DNA from: Raillietiella orientalis
Taxonomy: Eukaryota
DNA length: 64,000 bases
NCBI GenBank assembly: GCA_036172245.1
Contig: JAYWIR010000026.1
Coordinates: 806,001 to 870,000 of the forward strand
Direction: 5' to 3'
Of the stretch, positions 24,072 to 38,375 are shown piece after piece; position 1 is the first letter of the stretch; each line of letters begins with the position of its first letter. Under the pieces are notes generated by a model, which was not told the DNA's origin, searched no databases, and saw nothing but the letters and a program-made list of their open reading frames with translations. A program made the position numbers and the translations under genes.

Positions 24072-25872
24072 GTCGGGTGAACTACCTGGTCGGGGGAGAC
24101 GCTAGGAAGAGGGGCTGCATCGAACACCGCTTCTTCCTCCTCCAAGGGGGCCGAATCGTCGTCAGGGCCGTTCAGATGAAAGGCGGGTTTACCCACCTGC
24201 ACTTTCTCCTCCATGGGGGTCGCCACCCGCACGGTGTCGAGGAATGAGAGATTCCCACCCTCGCGTCCCACGCAGCCGGCTTCCCATCGGAGGCCGATTC
24301 ATCCGCATCTTTCTTGATCCGGAAGCGCCTCCTGGGATTCAAAGACTTACGTCCCGTCTACTTTGGCGGCACCTCCGCAGAAGAAAACTCACTTCTGACG
24401 TCCGGGTCCGCCTCACCAGCATACGGAGCCTTCTTCGCGGCTGGCCTTCCTAAGGCTTTTCGCGATTCCTTCTCGCGGCCTTAGAGTTCAGCCGCGTGTT
24501 CTTCCACCGCCTCCTGGAAGGCGGCATCCTAGATCGCGTCGAGCGCGATGCGCGGTTCTCCTTCTGCTTCCCGAGACGGTTTGCCATCGACCGTCGCGGC
24601 TTTGGCGGACACGATGGGGGGGATTGCTCCCCCGGTGGCGGCATCGAGTGCCTCCTCACGCTCTAATATCACCGAACACGCGCGAAGATTTGGGCGGTAC
24701 GGTTTTTCGAGCTGCGTTTTTGTTTTCACCGCGTTTTCTTCGGGACTCAAGGGTTTTCTTCTTGGCTGTACCTTCCGCGAGCCTTAGCCGTCACCAGCTT
24801 CATCGGGTGTGCTCTCAACCGAAGTTTGCTGGAATTGCTTAGGGACTGGCATCTGGCTTTTTTAAACCTGTTTCAGGTTACTCGCCTCTCCCGTGCGTTT
24901 CCCCTTTGCCTTTTTGGCAGCGCGTGGGTCAGGGATTTCTGTTTTTGGGCACACCTTGAGGATGTGGCCCTTATTGACACATAAGTGGCATTGGATGTTG
25001 GGGCACCGTTTTTCTAAGTGCCCTGTAGCATAGCAATGGCCACAATACTGGGCTTTCCCACGTACCAAACATCTACCTTTTCCTAGCCCATATTTAGTTT
25101 GTGGGGAAGCCCACCATTCTCTGGTAGTGCGACGCGCTTTCGCCTTCACACTGGAAAGCCTTCCGTACGTTCGGAAGGCATTGGGTTTGGCCCAGTACGC
25201 GTGCACACTATAATGTTTTGACAACTCCTCATGGACGCTGGTTTTGTCCATACGGAGTGTTACTCCCGTGATCTGGACCACGACGGTGCGGTCCTCCGTC
25301 ACAGGGAAGATCCAGCAGCTGTTCACAATGATGGCGGTGTCTAGCAGGCGCTGCGCCAGACTCTCGTCTGGGCATATCAGCTGAACTCGCTGTGCCCCAC
25401 TAAGGACGGATAGGCCGTCGAGGTCTTCCTCCCTCCCATTCAGTCTTTGCTGCTCCATTTCAAAGGAGCGTGCAATTTTCTCGTCTAACACACTGCCTAC
25501 CTTATAGATCAGCGGCGATTTGTAGCCGCTGTCCTTGTAAACAGTCTTCTCCACTACTGCAGCCGGGGATGACGCATAGACAATGGCACTCCAGCTCCTC
25601 GCCTCTGACGAAGAGTGTCGATAAGGAGCGGTTGCAGCTGATTCGGATATGGCATGTGCCCCGGATTCCGTGGGGGCGGACGCCCCCAATTTCATGGGTG
25701 GAGGAGAGCAAGTCGCCTCTCCTCCTCCAATTTCCATCGCGGTGTCCTCAAGCATTTCTGCCATGGAACACCGGCGCTCCCACACACCAGACTAAACCAC
25801 CCAAAACCTACGCGCTTCCCAGACCGCTGTGCGATGCCACACCACTTCCGCTCCATAGAAGGAAACAGGTGT
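24072..25872 (-). mobile_element. Family F-like 5' UTR and ORF1 (frameshifted)
   Basis: MAEMLEDTAME..LIYKVG..two CCHC knuckles..PMEEKVQV..PSVSPDQV. Confidence 0.9.
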
Positions 25873-26457
25873 GAATCCCAATGAGCAAGAATCCCTCCTG
25901 CACCTTTTATTTGACTGTGCTGCCCTCCGGCCCCTTTGGAAACGCTTCGGTTCCACCTTAGGCTTCCTGGAAGGTAGTCTTCCCAGAGACATTTTCCGGT
26001 TTCTCTTCGTACCGGACTCCCTGCATCCAGCCGCTGTCGTAGTAGGTCTCAGCTGCGTGCGCGTTAGTGTGGCAGCTTGGAGTGGATCCGACGAAACAGA
26101 AGATGTTAACGGAAGCGATGTCACGTAGTCTGCAGCTCGCCTTCTGCGAATAGCAAGCCGATGTCCCCAACTAGGAAATCTGCACAAGGATTGCGTCGGC
26201 ATCCTGTAAAGGATGGAATGTATACGCAACGAACAGTGATTTCTTCCCACTTCTCCGAGGAACCGTGGCTTTTGCCTAAATTTGTCTTCACTTTTATTTT
26301 TGTTTCGTCCTTAACCTCATCCGCTGACGTAGTCTTTCAAGTCGGTCTGCGCATCGACCATCCTAGAAATCTATACACTCACTGGTCACAGAGGGGCCTT
26401 GTACCGCAAATACTGTAAGTCTTTTTAAATAAACGTCCCAGCTTGAGCAAGTGAAAA
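25873..26457 (+). mobile_element. Family B 3' end
   Basis: ESLLHLLFDCAAL..RDIFRFLFV; terminus AATAAACGTCCCAGCTTGAGCAAGTGAAAA. Confidence 0.87.
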
Positions 26458-26932
26458 CGTCGAACTGTATAGTTTGCGACTCCTGGCATCGGCTGAAAGG
26501 CCACTACGCAAGAGTGGTCTCCACCGGAACGCCAAAGTAGCTCCCACCCTGTGAGCCTCTCGATTTCTTGGACGTCTTCTCCCCTGAGTGCGTGAACCTC
26601 TTGGAGAAGTGCCATGTCGAAAGGTCGCAGGGTGTCGGCCACGCTACGCCTCTTGCTTTCGCTACTCAGTTCGTTGACATTCCAACAGGCTATACGCAGC
26701 TGCCGGAAAGAGGCCATTCCACGCATCATATTAATGATGGTGGTGGCGATTGTGTTGCCGCTTACTGTTCGGGAGACAGCTGGTCGACGTCCAGCAGATA
26801 GTTTGCGTTTCAGAAACGACCGGAACTTCAGTTCGATCGGAAGATGGGACCGCACGCTTTCCACGGAGGGATCACGCGACCTCGCAAACATCGCCTCTTT
26901 GCTACCCGAGCGCATTTCCTCCTCAGCGTGAG
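26458..26932 (-). mobile_element. Family H-like ORF1 end and endonuclease start
   Basis: WNVN..LLQEVH in ORF 26379..26915; interrupted at TTCGACG. Confidence 0.87.
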
Positions 26933-27777
26933 GGGGAGTTGTCGATTCCAGAGCCGGCTTATGCAGGCAAATTGCTGTTCTTGGAATGGACTGTGTTCTG
27001 GATCACATTTGTGGCTCTCCTCTTAAATTATCTGAGTTTCGTATCTCTTCCTGGCGGAGTTGTAAAACAGAGCATTGAGTTTCATTTGCAGAACAATGAC
27101 ATCCGACTTCCTATGGGATTCCATGGAAGACGCTGCTCGCACCAGATCCCGAAATTCCTAGTAGTCCTTGTTGAAGAGAATGCTCAGGATCTCATCACAA
27201 GTATTACGACATGCTATTTTCTGATTTCACAAATACTTGGGGTGATAAATTTTGTTGTCATCAATTAAAGCCACCTTGATGTATTGATAAAGTAGTCACT
27301 CAAATGTAGTGTGTTGGTCGGCCAACGAAAAAATTAAGGAAATGTCAATCAATTTATTGCGTCATCAGAAAACAGAAAACTGTCCTTGTTTTGAGCAATA
27401 CTCTCCTTATCTATTGTGTCTTTCTATACTCCGTTGAAGAGTAGAACGCAATATGTGCCATTCGGAAAATGGCAGTCCACGTGAAATGGTGTTTTCAACA
27501 CGATAGCACCGCTCGTTTTCGTGTTCTCACTGAAAAAGTTCTCCAAATAGAACACCACACTCATCTTGGTGTGGATTAGAGTTTTTATATCGCCCAAAAA
27601 CTATATAAGGGAATGAATTTCGGAAGCCTATAATGATAATGCAGGAGATCGTAGCGTTTTGACGCGCGAAACCAATTAGGCGTGACAGAAAATCACAATT
27701 TTCAAGTGATATCGTCAAATCGCGGATGAGCAATGACCACCTTTGAAATTTGGTTACTATTAGAAATTACATGAAAA

Positions 27778-28469
27778 TTAATCAGCACGTATCATCGTGC
27801 ACCTTGGAAAGTGAAGTGCACGGAAGCATCTGCAATTTCCGGCAATTCCATTTGCGCAAACAAAGGTTATACGCCCGTTAAAATCATGAAGAAGATCAGC
27901 GAGGAACACTCTACTTCGGGGAAACCTTCCACTTGTGAAGGAGAGCGGCAGCGTTGCTCATCCAAACACATGAAGACAGCATCGAAGCACGAAGGCAAGC
28001 GCTCCTTACCCTTCACAGGGCGTCAGCGAGCAGCTACACACTTGTTCGACCTCATACTCAGGACCCACAAATCTGACAGATACGTTCCTAGGTGCCCCTC
28101 TAAAAGTCTGAACCAAGGAAGTTTCCAGATACTTCTTCCAGTGAATTGGCAACTTACCGTGACAGAAACAGAACAATCTAGATCCTCGTGTTGGGACAAA
28201 CCTATCGGTGTCCACATCTGCATGCAAATGTCTGTGGTCCCACCTGCAAGATCTTGAGGGAGAAGAGTGAGAGTGCACTCTCCGGAGTGATTATGAAATG
28301 CGACGTCATCAGATGACTGGCGTAACGTTTGTAGATTCGTCCCAAGGGAGCTCATGTTTGAAAATGGAACAGCCACCACGAGTAGCAGCCACTGAAACAA
28401 ACGACTACACACAATGCGATTCAACCAAAAGGGGGAGCGATATGCCCACGGGATCCTCGAAACCGCCAT
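27778..28469 (-). CDS. Mirror copy of predicted secreted protein paralog 1
   Basis: Reverse complement of 13043-13734. Confidence 0.55.
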
Positions 28470-29637
28470 TGTCCCGAAATTTCGGGATCTCTGGAAAACT
28501 TTCATCCCGCCGGAATAAAGTGAGGAACAGCGGGCCTATCGCAAATCCGTCCAATTCATCCGCCATTCGATTGCACATTCGAAACAGCAAATGACATTCG
28601 GTTGGGGATACGCGGCCTGCAGCCGACTGGCCAACTTTCCGGGGGGAAAGGAACAGCGAATTTATTGGAGTTCCTCCTCGCACGAGTCGCTTCTATCGGA
28701 AGAGGGCACTCACACCGTCGTCATGCAGATCATCTCGGAAGAACCTCCTCTCCAACAGCGGGGTTGAAGTTACAGAAAGCACAAAAATCCTTACCATACG
28801 CAAGTTCGGGACGAGCATTCCGCCTGAAACCTTCTGCTTCGTGTCCTGGTGTTTCCTGGGTCCATCCATGCTGCACAGAATGCCAAAGAGACAAAGTAGG
28901 AGACTGAAGCTTTCTTTCCTCTGCGCAGATCTTCCAATTGCTGCAAGAGGTGCTACCAGCCCACTGCCAACGCATATTGTGCGAGATGTTTGAGCCACTT
29001 GACTGCAAGTCGTCGAACAACAAGGCGTGCGTGATTTTTGCAGATTCCAACCACCTTTCCTTTAATCTGCTTTGTACCCGTGGAAGAGAACCTTCGAGAA
29101 CATCCCTCCTACGTGGTAGCATTTTTGTTCAATTCGAAGAAAGGTATCTTCTCGGGAGGAACTTTGCAGCCTTCCTTTGGATTGGAGGCACCGACCTTTC
29201 TTGAATTGGCTCAAAAGTCGGAAAAGGGAAGAACAATAGTATTTCTACTCGCAACTGAAAGCGAAGAAAGTGATCAATTCAACGAGGCGACTTTTATGCA
29301 CGCCATTAGGCATGCAGATTGCTGAATATGAAAAAAGAAAATCAGGATTGCAAAAGAGAGAGATGAGCAGCTGGGCGGCAAATCCCTATCGAGCTGTTAA
29401 GACAAAAAGAAATGTACGACTAATATGTAAAGGTTGACGTTCTTTTGAAATGTACAAAGGAAATGTAAAAATTGACGCAATTTTGCTGATGGAAGTTGGA
29501 AGGCTGGACAGGCACCGAACGAAATCCGCGTGCGACTCAATTTTTCAATCTGAGGTCAGCTGGTGTGCCGGTTGCAACCCACAAACGACGGAGCGAAACT
29601 CGAGCAATGCGGGCGATGATCTCCAGTTTCTTACCAG

Positions 29638-30285
29638 AAGCGCCAACGTGGAGAGCAATTGCATACGGACGCAGAGAGAACGGAGAATGCGAATCTGTGT
29701 TCACCTCCCTTCTCCGTTTCAGAGCAATCCGCGATGCTGAGGAGATCCTCAGGATATCTTCAGCGCCGTTATCAGTAAAAAAGTATTTCTCAAACTACGA
29801 ACTGTTTGCGAGGGAGCAGCAATACGGTGATATCATTGTTCGAAGGTCAGGATCTTACGTGCTTCCTCAGGTCACGGTATGCTGAGCACGTGTTTCACCG
29901 AATTCTCACCCAGATGCACTTCTTTCGAAGAGAAAATCTGATCTCAAATACTGATTTTCAGAATCACTTTTCGATAGAAAGGATCCAAATTATTGAAAAT
30001 GCTTGGCATAACGCCAGACAAACCGGCAGAATGGACATCGCCATTTCACTGAAAGGGATGTTCATCGTCGAGAATGCCTATCCGAGAAGTGAAAGTGTTC
30101 TCAAGACATTCATGCACAAAAACTGTAGGTCACATAATGTTGATGTGAGCTTTCCATCTAAACGGGAAATATTGATCACAATTGGAAGCTTGCCATCAAT
30201 GGTGTACTTCGGACTGTTTGACGGCGCATACAAGAATAACAAGAGAACTTATGAAAGGACTTCCACAAAAATGCAACGGTTATAG
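29638..30285 (+). CDS. Mirror copy of putative unidentified exons
   Basis: Candidate exons 29638-29870 and 29962 onward; acceptors TTACCAG and TTTTCAG. Confidence 0.33.
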
Positions 30286-32341
30286 TGCAGGATGAATGCA
30301 AGTGAGGCAGTGTGAGGACCCTAAGTGCTCAAAGGGTGCCCCGAATCAGGACTGCAATGCCTGAAATTCCGAAGAGCCCTGCAGCAAGCAAAGACGTAGT
30401 GGGAACAGGAGGCAGACTATCCACGAATCGAAGAGTTTTGCTGATGTATAAAAGAACAGTCATCCGGAAGGAGAGTTGAGATGGAATGCAGAAGAAAGTT
30501 TCAATTGTTCACGGGAAGTAAAGTCTTTCAGGGATCGAGAAAGCAGTTGTGTGCACAAGAAGTGCTTGGTGAGTACACAATCTTGCCTTTGCTGCGGGAG
30601 TTTACAGTTTGCCAGCAGGTGGGGCCCGGTAACACTAGGGGAGGGTCCATCCAGTGGACGTCACACCTGGGGGACAGCCTGCACTACAGGCAGTAAGAAT
30701 AGCTTCGGCTTCCACTAACGTTAAGCAATCTGTTTCCGGCTTCAGATCACGTTCGAATTCATCAGCGCAGTGACAGGCTATAAATTCTGTATTGATAGAG
30801 CCAATACCATGTGCATGAAGGACCTGAGCACACAGTAGCAAAATGCTCAGTGTTACGAAGGAGAAACTCGAGGCAAACTGTTGCGGCCGTCAAGCTACTG
30901 CGTGCTCTTACATTTCCGGATGCCTACTGTAAAGTTCAAACGATGAGGGGACACGTGATTCACAGGGTGCCCTATGACACTGGTCTGCACCTGAGGAGCC
31001 GTATGCATCTCCGGTGTCCCGATTTCATCAAAGATGACAATCTCTTCCTCAGCGATCAAGGAGGAAAACGTGCTTGAAGAAGGAGAAGCGCCCTGAAATC
31101 GAGCTTGAGAGATTCCTGAAAAAAGAAATGTGCAACGGTCCATCCGTTCGAGTAAGCAGTGCTGCAGAAGATTTATTTTTGAGTAGAACTTGACCGTCTT
31201 CCAGTCATTGCAAGTCAAAGCGTCGCGAGCACTCTTCCCTGCTCCGAGTGTCGACCAACAACCTCAGCATACACCCCGCAAATGCTATTTTCCCGAGGTG
31301 AAGAGAAGAAAACTAAGTTTTGAATACGCGTCCGCATACGGCCACTTGCCATCAGCAAGGGAAAGAGCAGGGAAGCTGTGTATTCTCTCTGCTGGAAAGC
31401 AAAGCTGAGACTCCAAGCAAACGGACTTTCCACTCGCAGTCTCCGATTTCGCCGTGCCGACAGCGCGCCCACTGCAATCGTTCGCAGCAGAAAGGGCGGA
31501 TGGCAGCCTTAGTGATTTGTTGCAAACACATATGGATCACCTGTCCTCACCTCTGTAGAAGGGAGCCGCTTTATTTTTTTGCTGCACACGGCACGAACGA
31601 TTGCTGTGCTATGATTTTCCCATTTCCTAAAAATTGCTTTCCTTCGTACCTGCGACTGTCGAGAACATTTGCAGCCGCTTGTGATTCAATTTATACCTTT
31701 TTCGCTGCGCGCACTCACGAGCTCAAGGAATCCCATCGTAGACCGCACCACATGAAGCAGAAAGTCACGCACGCCTTGTTGATCGACGACTTGCACACAA
31801 GTGGCTCGAATATCTCGCATAACATCCGTTGGCGGTGAGCTGGCAAGACTTCTTGCAGCAATTGGAAGACCTGCGCATAGGAAAGCAAGCTTCAGTTCTC
31901 TTCCTTGTCTCTTCGGAATCTTGTCCAGCATGGATGGCTCCAGGAAACACCGGGACACGAAGCAGAAGGTTTCAGGCGGAATGCTCGTCCCGAACCCGCG
32001 TACGGTGAGGATGTTTGCGCATTCCGTTACTCCTAGCACGCAGTTGCAGAGGTGGTTCTTCCGAGATGGTCCGCGATCACGGCGCTGTGGGTGCCCTTTT
32101 CCGAAAGAAGCGACTCGTGCGAGAAGGAGCGCCCATTGGGTGGCCGTTCCTTTCTCCCCAGAACATTGGCGCTGTCGACTGCTCCTTCATACAGGCCGGG
32201 TGTCTCAATTCGGATCCCTCTTGCTATTCAGAATGCGCAATCGATTGGTGTATGGAGGACACGAGGTTGCGCTTGACCCGCGGTTTTCCACTTTATTCCG
32301 ATTGGATGGAAGTTTCTTAGAGATCCCGCAATTTCGGGTCA

Positions 32342-33161
32342 ATGGCGGTGTCGCAAGTCGAGTTGGCCAGTCGCTCCCCCTTTTGCAAGACTTCCATTTA
32401 GTGGTGTCGTTTGTTTCAGTGGCTGCTGCTGGTAGTGGTTGTGGTTGGTTTCCCTTCAAAGCACGGCGAGACTTTCGAGGTTGACTCGCTAGTGCGTTCT
32501 GCTTGGGATCTACTGACATTTCTTGAACTTTCTGGAGAATGTTTACTCGTCCTGGAGAATCCCGCCGTTCGAGAAATGGCTGATCATCGTAGGATTAATT
32601 GTAGCGAAGGATGGGGTCCAAAGCCTACTCTGGTATCTGGAAAAGTAAACTGCTCTATAATTGCGACGGTGAGAAGCGATTAACTTGTGGATATGCCTTC
32701 TGGGTTCTTTCAGACTTTGAGTGGAAGGGAACGCTCTGTGATGCTGCACTTCTTTGGAGGCTACAAGGAATGCGGGTGCACTCTAATTGTTTCTACGTAA
32801 GGAATTTTTTCATTTTCTTCTTCCTGAGTTGGTTCATTGGTGCCTACTCTCAAGCGGGCTGTGCACACAATCGGGAACAATCGGCAACACAATCTGAATT
32901 TTGAATGTTCTTCTGAGCAATCCTCTTTTTCTGATCGGTAATCGCGTGTGGTTTATCGTGTCTGCGCAAACTTCTTGTCAAATCTATTCTTCCTGGTGCT
33001 CTTCAGAGAGATCTTCGTCCAGCCTCTCAATTGAGATTTCCGCTCTACTAGCAACGGCCCTTTGTGCTTGGAATGCAGAGTTGATACGGAAGCTGCTTAA
33101 ATGCTCTTTGCAGTCCATTTCCGAAATTAAACTACTCTGGAGATTGCTGCTACCCCTCTGA
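32342..33161 (+). CDS. Mirror copy of predicted secreted protein paralog 2
   Basis: Exons 32342-32347, 32420-32644, 32714-32796, 32855 onward; in-frame TGA at 32895-32897, frame then open to 33161. Confidence 0.45.
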
Positions 33162-35181
33162 ATAGGAGTATGCATCGTTCTTATCTGTACATTTTTACAG
33201 ATATTTGCAAATGGAGAATGAGGATATTGAAGTAAAAACACCACTCATACTGTCGTGCGAGTTTCCCTCCAACGTAAGCTGCTGGGTTACATTCAGAGAA
33301 ACTCAGGCGTCCAAATGACAATATGACGTGAAATAAAGTGTTGCTATTCTTCGGCTCTTCAGATGAGAAAAAATACAGCCATCACTTTTTTTCTCTTTTT
33401 CTGTTACAATGGTGTGTCAGGGTGTAAAAGTGAATTTTCTCTGATGTAGTTACACAGCATCTTTTCGAAGTTAGACGGTTCCATGGGACCCTTTTGTGAA
33501 TAGCAATTTAGAGTCACTTTGCGAAGATGCCTTGATGTTTTCTTATAAGTATACTTGCATTACTTGAAGATCACCTTACGACAAAGCCGGTCAATCGTTT
33601 GGATCTTTGACCACCCTATTCACGATTCGCTGATGCCTTTGGTTGTTGGCATATGTTGTCGACCCAATGATCCAGTGTCCTGCAAAACCGTTCCCCCACC
33701 ATCCATTGATTCAGGGATCAATCGCTGGATGAGGTGCACAGTCAGTCATACACGTTGACTTTCCCTTCCAAAGAATATTCTTACATTTATTTTCAGTGAT
33801 CGGAAACGGCAGTGCGACTTTGTAGCAGAAGCAGTGACAGAAGAAGAAGCTGTCATCTCACGCTGTGTTTTTTTGCAATGAAATTCGCGCTTTTACGGTA
33901 TTCATTGTTTCAACTGTACTTCTTCATCGGATGCTATGAGATGGCGGTTTGTTTGCATCTTTGCTTCGCCATTCCTAGTGCGTGCAGAGGAGAAGAAATC
34001 TTTTTCGTGATTCGCAATCGTGCTCAGCATCCGCAGCGGTGAACACGCAATTTCTTCGACCTGTATGAAGCGGTGTGGGCTAATTGCCAAACGCACTTTG
34101 ATTTCCGTACACTCAGTGTTTTCCTTTTATCGAAATTCGAGGGTGCAATAAAGGTGGGCAAAAGGCTGTGATTGGAAGACTTGAAATCAGGCGAATCTCA
34201 AGCACATCGACTAAGCTCATAAAGCCTGAAGCTCTTCCATTCTGTAGAGACGTCTGCCGCCTACCTTTTCTATAAAGTAGGCAGACGAGGATGCGCAGAA
34301 GAATATTTTTTCGTACTTGTACGAATTTGATACATGGCAGCCACTCTTAGATGCAGATTGAGACTTGAAAGATTAGAGGAGCAGCTTGGATACCGTGATG
34401 GACCGAGCGAGGTGGAATTATAGCCTTGTCTGCTAAACACAGACTCCATTTTCTTCCGTTTCCGCAGAGCTTCCAGTGCAAGGCTTCCATCTCATGACTC
34501 TCGAGCCACCATCCATCCACTGCATGGACAATGGGCACTCGTGTGCCACTTGAATTTCCACGGACAGGAGTGTATTCGTGATGGCTATTCCGTAGCACTT
34601 ATGAGCAAAAGGGAGATCTACATCTCCCCATTCGATGCAAACGCACATCAGCATTTCATAAGGGTTTAACCTTCATCTGGGCTCCATTCTTCTCCGTGAA
34701 CCACTCACTCTGTATATGGCTCACGTCTTCCTTGACCGGATTCAAAACGCTGCTGGCTGCCTGAAACAAACTGGCGCCTTGGGGCTTTCGATGAGCGCCG
34801 TGAAGGAGACTGCGTGGTATGCTGGATTTGAGGCCACGTTCTCTTGATAGAAGAAACGGGTAGCACCTGTTGCAGCTCGGAAAGGCGTCGCTTCTCATCC
34901 GGCGATTCCTTCGCTCTTACTGAGAGGTGCCTAGTCCATAAGGATTATAATCGGATGACACGAAGAGAACTCGATCATGTGAAATTGCGGTGCCTACGCA
35001 CACGGCCACGTGGATAAGGTATTTTGGGGGTGTAGCAATATCAAGCTACTTAGGTTTCAATACTGGGCTAGAATCCACAACAAGTGATGAAAAATGCGTC
35101 AGGGGTTCGAGTTCCTCCTGCAGCATGACGCTGGCTGATTTATGATCATCCGAATATATGCAGCTCAACTTGCTGAGGGTC

Positions 35182-38100
35182 GCACGCATTTTTCCTGGGC
35201 TCCTGAGAGCGAAAACAAAAAAGCAGTTTCCTTGGTTGTGGATGAGCGGCCATTGGAAGACAGCAATGCCTGAAGACGCCGCAGCACCTGCGACGAGGGG
35301 TGTGGGGCCCTGGTTACCCCAATCCATGGAGGTGGGGTCAAGTCCCATCACAAAATCTGCCTCCGCCGCCTCGGCGAAGCCATGGAAGAAAGTAACCGCG
35401 GCGGCGCCGCCGGACGTGCCTGCTGAAGTACACGCCTACTTTGAGGAGACTAACAACTCTGCCCTCCTTTATAAGGTAGGTAATTCATATTCTCCGTTTA
35501 AAACGCGGTGATTCGGCAACGCCATTAGTAGAATGAGTATCACAGATGAGGAGATTTTGTGCTTTTAGGTTCGGAGCGGTGGGCAGTTCTCGGAGCTGAT
35601 CTCCAGAGATCCAGCGCTCCCGAACATACTGCTCCGCACACCCGTTCCTTTTGAAGGACGCAATCTCCTCCCACACACGGTGAATCACACAGCAGTGATC
35701 CACCTTACAGGTACAACTATGCCGATGAGCGAGGAAGTCTTCCGCACCAAAATGAACAAATTCGCGGAGATATACGCGATGTGAAGCAGTTCCAACGCCT
35801 TTACATATCGAGTTGCATTTATTGGGCGACTTGAAGCTCGCGTAACTCTCCGCGAAAGCATCGGAATTCTCTACAAACCCAAATGTCCATTATGCAACGG
35901 GAAGGGTCACACTAGCGTCGTGTTCCGGAAATACGCAGCTCTAAGGCCGAAAACCATTAAAATACAGGGAGAGATGAAGAAGGCGGAAAAGAAAATACAA
36001 CGCGATCTCCAGATAACTTCAGAAGAAGTCGTGCAGAATGACCAGAATTCTCAAAAGGAAACTTATAAGCCTTCTGCGGACGAAAAATGCTGGAAAAGGG
36101 TCATCAATAAAAAATCAAAAGAAGTCCAAAACCAAAACCAAGAAACCCCAACAAATATAATTAAATGGGAACGCGAGCGTTCCGAGGAAACCCGCGAAAG
36201 GCAAAAGAAAATCCCGATCTGCTAGGAGTTAAGGGAACGCCGCGTTACAATTGATCGACCTCCTTCAATCGAGCGTCGATCGGCGAACGAGAAACCCACA
36301 ACCGTCGCCGAAGCCGCGGAACCGACGCAGGAAACCAGCGGCAAGGACAGAAGCAGCAGCGACAGAAGAGCTCTGCGAAAGCTTAGGAAGAAATCGCGGC
36401 CACCTTAATGCAGGCGCCTAAGGCTGCAAAGAAGGCCGTGAGACGCCCAGACGAAACCATAAGATCGGAAAGTTCCGAGTCGGAAACGGAAACTGGATGC
36501 GCTTCCGCTGTCGCCCTCCCGAAGAGGAAGGCGATCCGGAAGTCCCGCAACCCTGTGCAAGTCGTTTTCCCTGAGGCTGAGGTAAAGGAAATGAGTTCGG
36601 GCACGAGGAGGCCATGTCCGCCAGGTCGCGTGATCCCTCCGTGGAAAGCATCGGGTCCGATCTCCCGATCGACCTGAGTCCAGCTGCTGACGTTTCGCCC
36701 CTAGCCGAAACGCCGACAATGCAGCTGGACATCGACCAGCCGTCTCCCGAACAGTAAGCGGCAACAAAATCGCCACCACAAATCATTAGTATGATACGCG
36801 GAATCGCCTCTTGCCGCAAGTTGCGTATAGACTGTTGGAATGTCAACGGGCTGCGTAACGAAGGCAAGAGGCTTTGCGTGGCCGACACCCTGCAACCTTT
36901 CGACATGGCACTTCTCCAAGAGGTACACGCTCTCAGAAAGGACGTTCAGAAGATCGAGAGGCTCACAGGAGGGAGGCAACTTTGGCGATCAAGTTTGGAA
37001 CACTCCCGCGGAGTGGCCTTCCCGCTGAAGCCAGCCGTCTCTAATGTATTGCGCACTGTACAGTTCGACGTTTTCACACGGTTATTCCGGGGCTTTTATT
37101 TAAAAAGGCTTACAGTATTTGAGGTACAAGGCCCCACTGCGGCCAATAGTTCCCTTGTGCTGTCGGCTGGTCGGTACGAAGACCGCCTTGACACTTCAGG
37201 CCAACGGATGGGGTAGGGGGAAAAAACCCCATCACCGTGAACGGCCGCTGGATCTTCCCTGTGAAAGAGGACTGCACCGTCGTGGTACACCTCACGGGAG
37301 TAACACTCCGTATGGACAAAACCAGCGTCCATGAGGAGTTGTCAAAACATTATAGTGTGCACGCGTACTGGGCCAAACCCAATGCCTTCCGAACGTACGG
37401 AAGGCTATCCAGTGTGAAGGCGGAGGCGCGTCGCACTACCAGAGAATGGTGGGCTTCCCCACAAACTAAATATCGGCTAGGAAAAGGTCGATGTTTGGTA
37501 CGTGGGAAAGCCCAGTATTGTGGCCATTGCTATGCTACAGGGCACTTAGAAGAACGGTGCCCCAACATCCAATGCCACTTATGTGTCTATAAGGGCCACA
37601 TCCTCAAGGTGTGCCCAAAAACAGAAATCCCTGACCCACGCGCTGCCAAAAAGGCAAAGGGGAAACGCACGGGAGAGGCGAGTAACCTGAAACAGGTTTA
37701 AAAAAGCCAGATGCCAGTCCCTAAGCGATTCGAGCAAACTTCGGTTAGAGCACACCCGATGAAGCTGGTGATGGCTAAGGCTCGCGGAAGGTACAGCCAA
37801 GAAGAAAACCCTTGAGTCCCGAAAGAAACGCGGTGAAAACAAAAACGCATCTCGAAAAACCGTACCGCGAAAATGTCCGCGCGTGTCCGTTGAAATTAGA
37901 GCGTGAGGAGGCACTCGATGCCGCCACCGGGGGAGCAATCCCCCCCATCGTGTCTGACGAAGCAGCGACGGTCAGTGGCGAACCATCTGGGGAAGCAGGG
38001 GGAGAACCGCGAGCCGCGCTCGACACGCTCGAGGAGGCCGCCTTCCAGGAGGCGGTTGAAGAACTCTCGGCTGAACTGCAAGGCCGCTAGAAGAACTCTC

Positions 38101-38375
38101 GAAGAGCCTTACGAAGGTTGGCTGCGAGGAAGGCTCCGGATGCATTTTAGGCCGATCCGAACTTCAGAAGTGCGTCCTCTGCAGCGGAGGAGCCACCAAA
38201 GTAGACGGGACGCAATTCTTAGAATCCCAGAAGGCGCATTCCGATTAAGAAGGAGGCATATGAACCGACCCCCAAGGTGGAAGCCGGCGGCGTGGGACGC
38301 GAGGGTGGAAATCTCTTATTCCTCGACACCGTGCACCTGGCAATTTTCATGGAGGAGGAAGTGCAGGTGGCTGAA
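35182..38375 (+). mobile_element. Mirror copy of the H / B / F-like nest
   Basis: Reverse complement of 3137-6330. Confidence 0.88.

Noticed and set aside
32895..32897. In-frame TGA as selenocysteine or readthrough
   Set aside because: No SECIS recognised and no aligned Cys in the paralog; nonsense mutation or a wrong exon model is simpler.
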